The notes below the pieces were generated by a model, which was given only the letters and a program-made list of their open reading frames with translations, did not search any database and was not told the origin of the DNA. From the IMG/VR virus record IMGVR_UViG_3300017388_000002, positions 1 to 64,000 of that record: DNA of 64,000 bases, one strand, 5' to 3'. The stretch comes from a virus. Its lineage: Duplodnaviria; Caudoviricetes. The translations under genes and the position numbers were made by a program. This document shows positions 57,353-64,000 of the stretch, piece after piece. How positions within the stretch are numbered: position 1 is the stretch's first letter; each line of letters opens with the position of its first letter.

Positions 57353-58174
57353 TTATATCTGAATCGGAGAGCCAGTAATCCTTAGATCGAAACCATCTAG
57401 AAACAGAGCGGCTGTATTTGGAGTTACAGTACGCTCAATCCAAACAGGGACACTCTCGCCCGCACGTAGTATACCTATGTTGATGGGGTTTATTTTTTTG
57501 GCATTGAGGAAATCTACGCCGAATGGCTTCTGGTTGTCAAAGTCTATAGACGGTGCTATCTGGTTAATCGGGGCACCGTCTACTAGTTTGGCGGCACTAA
57601 CGGTAAACGAACCGACCAAGTTAGTGGTGTTCACAACGGTAAGCAAGTCGTGGAACTTCTTGTCATCGTCGCCAGCAAAATGTATCTCGAAGAATCTAGT
57701 GCCTCCAGCGGTCGAGACGTTGACAAACACGCCGGATAGCAGGCTCAGATTATTCAGTTCGTCCTCTAGATTCTGGCCCCAGACGTTCAAATCGCTGTCA
57801 TAGTTCCAGTTGAAAGTTTGATTTTCGTACTGCATCACCAGAAACCCGCCAGAAACGGGGCCGCTGATTGCAACTCGCTGGATGTCTCTGGAGGTTTCTA
57901 CGCCAATTTTCAACGTGGCACCACCAAGGATATCGTTAGCCATGTAGAGCGAAACATCGAACAGCGAATCTGTGCTATGATTATTGAAAATGTAGATGCA
58001 GCGGTAATCTACCTTGCCAGTGCCAGCACTCTCCTTTTGGGTGTCGGGAAAAAGGTTGTTTAACAAATTACCAATTACAATTGCAGAGGGATCACCGCCA
58101 AGGGATTCGGCGGGATCATTGTTTGCCGTACCCCCAGAGTAAACGAAAACTATGTCATTCGCACCTATAGCCAT
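57353..58174 (-). CDS. probable virion structural protein
   Basis: YSGG..N.DP..SLGG, NNLF, DYRCIYIFN pattern. Confidence 0.6.
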   Translation of the reverse strand: MAIGANDIVFVYSGGTANNDPAESLGGDPSAIVIGNLLNNLFPDTQKESAGTGKVDYRCIYIFNNHSTDSLFDVSLYMANDILGGATLKIGVETSRDIQRVAISGPVSGGFLVMQYENQTFNWNYDSDLNVWGQNLEDELNNLSLLSGVFVNVSTAGGTRFFEIHFAGDDDKKFHDLLTVVNTTNLVGSFTVSAAKLVDGAPINQIAPSIDFDNQKPFGVDFLNAKKINPINIGILRAGESVPVWIERTVTPNTAALFLDGFDLRITGSPIQI

Positions 58175-58473
58175 TATTTCCCTCGTTTCAAAATGTACCG
58201 GACATTTCTAGGTGTGTAGCCCGTCATCTGTGCTATAGTAGAGACGTTAAAAAATGGATTTTCCGCCAGAGCTAAGACATTGTGGTGGTTTGTCACCTGC
58301 CGGTTCGGTCTTCCGTGTTTGTGCAGGATTCGATAGACTTCCGCAACGGATTTCCCTGTCTTTAGTGCGATGTCTCGCACCTTCATCCCTGGGTCGCCAA
58401 AATACATGTTGGCAACCTCGAACTCCGAATATTGCTTTAGTTCTGTCAAGAAGTCCTTAAAAGAGAAGTCCAT
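58174..58473 (-). CDS. tandem-HTH protein with CTS-like N-terminus
   Basis: MDFSFKDFLTE; VRDIALKTGKSVAEVYRIL and VSTIAQMTGYTPRNVRYIL. Confidence 0.7.
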   Translation of the reverse strand: MDFSFKDFLTELKQYSEFEVANMYFGDPGMKVRDIALKTGKSVAEVYRILHKHGRPNRQVTNHHNVLALAENPFFNVSTIAQMTGYTPRNVRYILKRGK

Positions 58474-58508
58474 ACCCTATTTAGATAGACGGAACGTAAT
58501 TCCTGTTA

Positions 58509-58537
58509 TTGACGCTTTGTTCCATAGCAGGTAGAAT
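58509..58537 (+). promoter_or_regulatory. sigma70-type promoter
   Basis: TTGACG-17 bp-TAGAAT; GAGGAGG RBS. Confidence 0.7.
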
Positions 58538-58565
58538 CTAGCTGGTTCAGAGGAGGAATTTCTAT

Positions 58566-59516
58566 ATGGCGGTCTTCAGCTTCGGGAGCGATCCCGAATT
58601 CATGCTTTGGAAAAATGGCATTTTCTACAGTGCCATTAACATCGTGCCGGGCAGCAAAAAGGCCTGTTACGTTATAGACGGCTGCAACTTTTACTACGAC
58701 AATGTGTTGGCAGAATGCACGATTCAGCCAGCGAAAACCAAAAAAGAAACAGTCAAGAATATCCGCAAGTCTCTCACGTTGTACGCCAACTTGGTCAGGC
58801 CCTATTACCTCGTTCCCAGGGCTTCACACCGCTACGATTGGAACCAGTTGAAGAGCAAAGAAGCACTAGAAGCCGGGTGCGATCCAGAATGGTGTGCCTA
58901 TAGTCTGGAAGTAAAAAAGCCTGACAAGGTGTTTTTCCGCAAGAACAACCTGCGGAGTGGCGGCGGACATATTCACCTTGGCTCAAAGACAATTATCAAA
59001 AAGCAGCGTGGGCTGATCTTCACCACTAGGATGCTCGATCTCTTCCTGGGCATTCCTAGCATCCTCCTAGACCACGATACCTCCTCACCAGAGCGTCGGA
59101 AACTCTACGGCCTTGCCGGTAGATTCCGCAAGCCAGACTACGGTGTAGAGTATCGATCTATCGGTAACTTCTGGCTCGCTAGCCCAAAGTTGGTTGAGTT
59201 GGTCTATGACATCTGCGATTTCACCCTGGGGTTCATAGACGCCGACAAGCATCTAGAATTCTGGACTATTGACGAAGAGCGTCTGGCTTCAGATGACGCT
59301 TGGAATGATGAGAGCTTCAACCCGGCAGACTGCCACAAATGCCACGGTTATGATGTGGCAGCGTTGAGAGACGCCATCGATAATTCCAATAAAGCCAAAG
59401 CCAGGAAATTCATGGACTTCCTGAAACAACAGATGCCTTCCAAGCTCTATGAAGACATTTGCAGCCTTGCAGATCATCCTGATTTCGAGATGTACAAAGA
59501 ATGGAGACTCAAATGA
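58566..59516 (+). CDS. phiEco32-like COOH-NH2 ligase type 2 (amidoligase)
   Basis: GSDPEF, DNVLAE, GCDPE, RSGGGHIHLG, RRKLYG.AGRFR.PDYGVEYRS..NFW. Confidence 0.85.
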   Translation: MAVFSFGSDPEFMLWKNGIFYSAINIVPGSKKACYVIDGCNFYYDNVLAECTIQPAKTKKETVKNIRKSLTLYANLVRPYYLVPRASHRYDWNQLKSKEALEAGCDPEWCAYSLEVKKPDKVFFRKNNLRSGGGHIHLGSKTIIKKQRGLIFTTRMLDLFLGIPSILLDHDTSSPERRKLYGLAGRFRKPDYGVEYRSIGNFWLASPKLVELVYDICDFTLGFIDADKHLEFWTIDEERLASDDAWNDESFNPADCHKCHGYDVAALRDAIDNSNKAKARKFMDFLKQQMPSKLYEDICSLADHPDFEMYKEWRLK

Positions 59517-60145
59517 TTGAAATCTACCCGACCCTCATCAATCCCACTCTCGCCAAGAAATGTATCATCTTCATGGCTGGCCGAGGCGGTACGACAAGAG
59601 GGCGGCATTTTGAACTCTACAAAGAGCAGCTAGAGAAAATGAAGGCGGAGAATGTGTTACTTGTCGGGGCTGCTGCGATCAAGGAATACTACCAACAGCC
59701 CAGGGGTCCACACGACCAAGCTGAAGCTATTCGTGGTCAAGGCAAAGCAGTAGGCCAGATTATGAATCTGGTTCTATCTATGGAACATGATTACGAAGTG
59801 AAAAGAGAGAACATCTGGTTGGCTGGCTTTTCAGCCGGGGCTGTAATGGCTGTGATGACGGCGGTTCAGGCGACAAAACACTTTGGCGGCGTCATCGCAC
59901 ACAACGGTGCCATACTAGAACCGAACAACATTCCCGAAGCCAATGGCATGAAGACACCGTTTGCATTGTTCCACACAAAGGACGACAGTGTATTCAAGTG
60001 GGACGAACGATATCTGCCAATGAAGAAGGCACTAATCGACAAGAAGTACAATGTGACTTGTTTCGAGACTAAAGAAGGCGGGCACACTATTTCCCAAGAA
60101 CAAATAGAACAAGCTTGTTCGTTTATCTCCCGGCTACACGCATAA
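59513..60145 (+). CDS. alpha/beta hydrolase (phospholipase/carboxylesterase-like)
   Basis: LAGFSAGA nucleophile elbow, HTKDDSV, GGHTI. Confidence 0.85.
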   Translation: MIEIYPTLINPTLAKKCIIFMAGRGGTTRGRHFELYKEQLEKMKAENVLLVGAAAIKEYYQQPRGPHDQAEAIRGQGKAVGQIMNLVLSMEHDYEVKRENIWLAGFSAGAVMAVMTAVQATKHFGGVIAHNGAILEPNNIPEANGMKTPFALFHTKDDSVFKWDERYLPMKKALIDKKYNVTCFETKEGGHTISQEQIEQACSFISRLHA

Positions 60146-60998
60146 CAGTCATTCTGCCTGGAGGAACTTGAGCCTTCAATCCAGTCAAAGCTACTTCTTC
60201 GGGCGTAATAGGCTGGAGATGTACCTTCAACCCGGTTTGCTGCTTAGAAAGTTCCAAAGCAAGAACCGGGAATTCCTTTTTGAACTCCTCCCAATCGAAA
60301 CCTGGGGCTAGTTTCAATTCCTTGCCAAGAAGTACAAAGTATTTGTTGAGAGGCGAATCTGCGGCTAGTCTGCCAACATAGGCGTGATCGAAGTCGCTAA
60401 GAATGATCATCTTTTGGGGAGGGTAATCACCGTAGACGTAGTAGCAACTAGTTTGAGCCACTACTTCGGTGAACATGGCCTGGGCTGCCAAACATTTTCC
60501 AGCCTTAACCTGATCTGGGTTACAAAGGGTCTTCAAATGCCGGTTGTAGGCCCCATACTCGCCTCTGGCAGAGAAGGGGTGCTGTCCGGCGTAGTGTGAA
60601 ATGATGTCATGAACGCCTCTGCCACGAACATTGGTCTCGTTATCCCAAGCTGGATGATCCCTCTTATTTGAATCGGCGTCAGGGCCGGGTTTCTCGGCGT
60701 AGACATTTACCACTGGTTTTTTAATTCCGGCTGCTTTTTGGGTGTTGATGGCCTGAGTCATCTGCCTCATGCTCTTGTAAGGATCATCCATCGTCGGATT
60801 CATGACCCACCTACTCTTCAAAAAGTTATATTGCCTGCCGATCTTCCTTTGCAGGTCTTCGTAAGCGGCCCTGGCCCCAGGCTCTTCTGAAGAGGCGATC
60901 ATGTAAGATGCAGCCACAAGCCGCTGGAAAATGGAGCCTTTGTAGCTTCCCTTTAGAGCGAGTGCTTCTTGAAGTGATAACCAATTGACGAAATCCAT
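60123..60998 (-). CDS. hypothetical protein with HDxxxH motif and CTS-like N-terminus
   Basis: RGVHDIISH...FSARGEYGAYNRH...TEV.AQ. Confidence 0.65.
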   Translation of the reverse strand: MDFVNWLSLQEALALKGSYKGSIFQRLVAASYMIASSEEPGARAAYEDLQRKIGRQYNFLKSRWVMNPTMDDPYKSMRQMTQAINTQKAAGIKKPVVNVYAEKPGPDADSNKRDHPAWDNETNVRGRGVHDIISHYAGQHPFSARGEYGAYNRHLKTLCNPDQVKAGKCLAAQAMFTEVVAQTSCYYVYGDYPPQKMIILSDFDHAYVGRLAADSPLNKYFVLLGKELKLAPGFDWEEFKKEFPVLALELSKQQTGLKVHLQPITPEEVALTGLKAQVPPGRMTVMRVAGR

Positions 60999-61001
60999 GT
61001 C

Positions 61002-61802
61002 TTATCTACTATGTCTGCGAAGTTTTCTGCATTCCTCCTTCATCCACTCCTTGAACTCCGATGAACGGCACTCGTTGCACGTCCATTTCATGCCAATGTA
61101 GCGAAAAATGTCCAACTCAAGATACAAACGCTTCTTGTGAATGAAACATATTTCGCCACACTGCCCGCACCATAACTTTTTACGCCCCGGCTTGGCATCC
61201 TCGTTAAAGCGATAATGTTTGGCAAGATAGGCTTCAACGGGGTCCACAGATGAACGGTGGTTCACCGAGAACTTCGGTACAACGGCTTCCCGTTTGGCTT
61301 TCTTTCGCTTTTTGGGGAGGTTGTCGTAGTAATCACGAAGAGGCCCTGGCATAGCAGGCACAGGAAACTTGGTGCCACGCAACCACTGATATGTTGCTCC
61401 TGTTTCGCAAACAAAGCTGGGAGGGACTACGGATTGGTGCCCATTGCCACGAAATTCTATGTTTTGATAGACAATTCTGGTTAGATCGGGGTCTGGAGAA
61501 AGAAAAAGATGGTGCTGGGACTTGGAACTACGCCACGTAGGATGTGGGTAATCTCCGATGAGCTTCTGTAGCGTGGCATTTGCTTCCTCGTCGTCGCCCT
61601 CAACATCTACGACATCTCCCAGCAAAATGCCTATATTGGCACCGGGATAGACGTAGAAACCCTCTCTACATCGCTCGACGGACCAGTCCTTATTCCAGCC
61701 CATACCAATCGGTCTTTTTGACGAGCGGTGTAATGGAATAGGCTTGAGTCCCTGACCAATGTATGCTTCGACAAAATCAGCAATGAAAGCTTCCTTTGGC
61801 AT
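61002..61802 (-). CDS. bifunctional primase-polymerase N-terminal (Prim-Pol) domain protein with C-terminal Zn-finger
   Basis: PIPL...KRP..GW, NIGI, VDVE, HHLF, VVPPS; CGQC...CNEC. Confidence 0.8.
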   Translation of the reverse strand: MPKEAFIADFVEAYIGQGLKPIPLHRSSKRPIGMGWNKDWSVERCREGFYVYPGANIGILLGDVVDVEGDDEEANATLQKLIGDYPHPTWRSSKSQHHLFLSPDPDLTRIVYQNIEFRGNGHQSVVPPSFVCETGATYQWLRGTKFPVPAMPGPLRDYYDNLPKKRKKAKREAVVPKFSVNHRSSVDPVEAYLAKHYRFNEDAKPGRKKLWCGQCGEICFIHKKRLYLELDIFRYIGMKWTCNECRSSEFKEWMKEECRKLRRHSR

Positions 61803-61811
61803 AATCAAAGT

Positions 61812-61839
61812 ATTATACCAGACTGTCGAAAACCATCAA
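61812..61839 (-). promoter_or_regulatory. sigma70-type promoter with extended -10
   Basis: TTGATG-16 bp-TATAAT with TG upstream of the -10 box. Confidence 0.55.
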
Positions 61840-62102
61840 GCCTTGTATTTCACGGCCTCGATTATCTGCGATCTAGTCAGCGTCTCTACCTTGATACTGT
61901 GTTTGTGTGCCCAATCAGCAATTTTGGCGTATATAGCTAACCGATCCCTTCTCAGCCAATAGTTGGTAAGTGCCATTGATCTCCCCGTTCTTATTAACGG
62001 TGGAGTTAGATATACCAGATTCTATAGATAACGCAATAGCTACTCTAGACATTTTTGCCAAAATAGAATAAATTGTACCACGACCTAGAAAGGGAAACCT
62101 AC

Positions 62103-63023
62103 ATGAAAGTTTTCGTTACTGGCGGGACCGGCTTCATCGGCTCAAATCTAGTCAAAGAACTAGTAAAGAGAGGGCATAGAGTAGTGGCGACTGGTTGCAA
62201 AACCGAGGTCAAATTACATGGCGACGTGCAATTTCTCGGTCTGCATTTAATGGGCATCAACTGGCACGCCCTGGACGGTATAGATGCCGTGGTGCATCTT
62301 GCGGCCAATAACGACACGATGGACCGGGATAGGCAAGAGATGTTCTTGGCTAATGTAGACTCTTCGGTAAAGTTGATGTATGAGGCAGGGTGCCGTGGTG
62401 CTAAGAGCTTTGTATACGCCTCTAGTTGTGCCGTGTACGGTTCCGCTCCTGCTCCTTATGTCGAAGATGAAACAGTTCCAGTTCCACTCAATGTATATGG
62501 TGAATCCAAGCTATACATAGAAAAGGAAGCCGAGGTCTATTGGAACAGGGTGGGCACAACTTCGCTTCAAAAGATGCCGATGATTGGGCTGAGATTCTCG
62601 AACGTGTACGGCCCAGGAGAGGATCACAAGGGAAAACGAGCCAGCATGGTGCATCAGATCATACAGAAAATGCTACGAGGGCAGTCGCCACGGCTATTCG
62701 AGTTCGGCGAACAACAAAGGGATTGGGTCTATGTAGACGACGTGGTGCAGGCAATTGTACTCGCATTAGAGTACACAGGTCCACACGTAGTTCTCAATTG
62801 CGGCAGCGGTAAAGCTGAGTCTTTCAACAAAATCGTACAGATAGCCAACAAGCTAATTCGTACAAACAACGGGCTAATTCCGCTCGACATCCTGTATGTG
62901 GCTAACCCTAGCCCAGAGACCTACCAGGATTTTACTCTCTGCGATATGAGCAAAGCCGAAAGAGTGCTTGGTCACAAACCTAAATACGACCTGGAGGCGG
63001 GCATAGCCGCCCTCTTGAAATAA
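62103..63023 (+). CDS. NAD-dependent epimerase, ADP-L-glycero-D-manno-heptose 6-epimerase (GmhD)-like
   Basis: TGGTGFIGSNL, YASSCAVYG, PLNVYGESK, NVYGPGEDHKGKRASM. Confidence 0.85.
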   Translation: MKVFVTGGTGFIGSNLVKELVKRGHRVVATGCKTEVKLHGDVQFLGLHLMGINWHALDGIDAVVHLAANNDTMDRDRQEMFLANVDSSVKLMYEAGCRGAKSFVYASSCAVYGSAPAPYVEDETVPVPLNVYGESKLYIEKEAEVYWNRVGTTSLQKMPMIGLRFSNVYGPGEDHKGKRASMVHQIIQKMLRGQSPRLFEFGEQQRDWVYVDDVVQAIVLALEYTGPHVVLNCGSGKAESFNKIVQIANKLIRTNNGLIPLDILYVANPSPETYQDFTLCDMSKAERVLGHKPKYDLEAGIAALLK

Positions 63024-63060
63024 AAAAATCAATGGGCCGGAAAACCGGCCCATTGATTTT
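63022..63060. terminator. bidirectional intrinsic terminator
   Basis: AAAATCAATGGGCCGG-AAAA-CCGGCCCATTGATTTT. Confidence 0.85.
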
Positions 63061-63078
63061 GGAGGTTATTGGAGTTAC

Positions 63079-63870
63079 TTATAGCTGACCGATTCTGGTT
63101 GCAGGCGAAAATCCAGGTTCTCCTGGTTTTGGCTGAGTCTCGCCTTGCGGCACTTGAGCCAAAGCTAAAGCGTTAGGGTCTATCTCTGGAAAAAGTGCAT
63201 CCTCTCGCACGCTGATGCCATCCCAATTCTTCTGATTTGGGTCTGGACCAATCATGCCCATGACGGAGTTCCACCAATCGGTTTCCTCCTTCGTCATTTG
63301 CTTCTTGGCACCCTTCTTCATTGTCTTGCAGGAACATTTGGACATCATCTTGTTGCAGCCCTTACACTTGCCGTCGTCCTTCTTCATGCCCTTCTTCATT
63401 ATCTCACCCTTGGCAAACGGCGGCTTCTTACCCTTGCCCTTCTTCGGCGGTGGAGGCATATCCATGTCTTCTTCGTCACCCATGCCTTCTTCGTCACTCA
63501 TGCCTTCTTCGTCGCCCAGGTCTAGTTCCTCATCGCCCAGGCCCTCTTCGTCGCCTAGTTCTTCGTCGCCCAGACCTTCCTCATCATCCAAACTGACTTT
63601 TTCCTCGTCGTCCAGGCCCTCTTCATCACCTAGTTCAAGGTCGGCATCGTCTAGCTTTGGATCAAGTTCTTCTTCGTCTTCAGGAACATCCTTGCCGAAC
63701 ATCTTTTTCTTCATCTTCTTGGCTTCTAATAGCTTCCACTTTGCAAGCCAATCAGAAGCTCCAGTTGACCCGACAATACCGCCAACAGTAGCGGGCCGAG
63801 CAACACCTAGAGTGAACGATGTTCCGGTTACGGACTCGTTTAAGTCTCTCCATTCCTTAAATGTCAGCAT
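63079..63870 (-). CDS. putative internal head protein with acidic DEEG repeats and a basic/Cys block
   Basis: MLTFKEWRDLNES; (DEEGLG)n; CKGC...CSC. Confidence 0.7.
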   Translation of the reverse strand: MLTFKEWRDLNESVTGTSFTLGVARPATVGGIVGSTGASDWLAKWKLLEAKKMKKKMFGKDVPEDEEELDPKLDDADLELGDEEGLDDEEKVSLDDEEGLGDEELGDEEGLGDEELDLGDEEGMSDEEGMGDEEDMDMPPPPKKGKGKKPPFAKGEIMKKGMKKDDGKCKGCNKMMSKCSCKTMKKGAKKQMTKEETDWWNSVMGMIGPDPNQKNWDGISVREDALFPEIDPNALALAQVPQGETQPKPGEPGFSPATRIGQL

Positions 63871-63985
63871 GTGTTGTCTCCAAAAATCTTGTATCTAATA
63901 CCAATTGCTGGTAAACTATATATGTAGGAGTGCCCGAATTCAACCAGGCACCGTCCATTTCTTATTATCTTATCTAGGAGGCAAT

Positions 63986-64000
63986 ATGAAGAAATTCATA
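63986..64000 (+). CDS. start of next gene (3'-truncated)
   Basis: AGGAGG RBS, then ATGAAGAAATTC. Confidence 0.5.

Noticed and set aside
63254-63898. Ser-rich plus-strand ORFs
   Set aside because: Antisense shadows of 63079..63870.

Overview
64 kb of a large T4-like (gp17/gp20/gp21/gp22/gp23-type) tailed jumbo phage genome in the standard genetic code. The core is a head morphogenesis module: terminase large subunit, intein-containing portal, core protein, prohead protease, scaffold and major capsid protein. Around it lie a DnaG-like primase, a PD-(D/E)XK nuclease, an actin-like ATPase, and many accessory genes: six peptidases of five families, GT9/heptose-epimerase surface-glycan genes, GMP reductase, lysine 6-aminotransferase, glutamate dehydrogenase, bacterioferritin, McsA and a stand-alone RNAP alpha-CTD. 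These suggest a PVC/Planctomycetota-like host (inference). The most notable unexplained signals are: (i) two unrelated membrane-anchored peptidases sharing a 24-aa C-terminal motif, (ii) a Tat signal peptide joined across a 1-nt frameshift to a mini-copy of a major capsid protein segment, (iii) about a dozen dispersed genes with a T4-like capsid-targeting N-terminus, and (iv) a palindromic TATATA/TANATA late-promoter-like box shared by tightly packed divergent gene pairs. No tRNA, rRNA or CRISPR array was seen. All calls come from motif recognition by eye; no searches were run.
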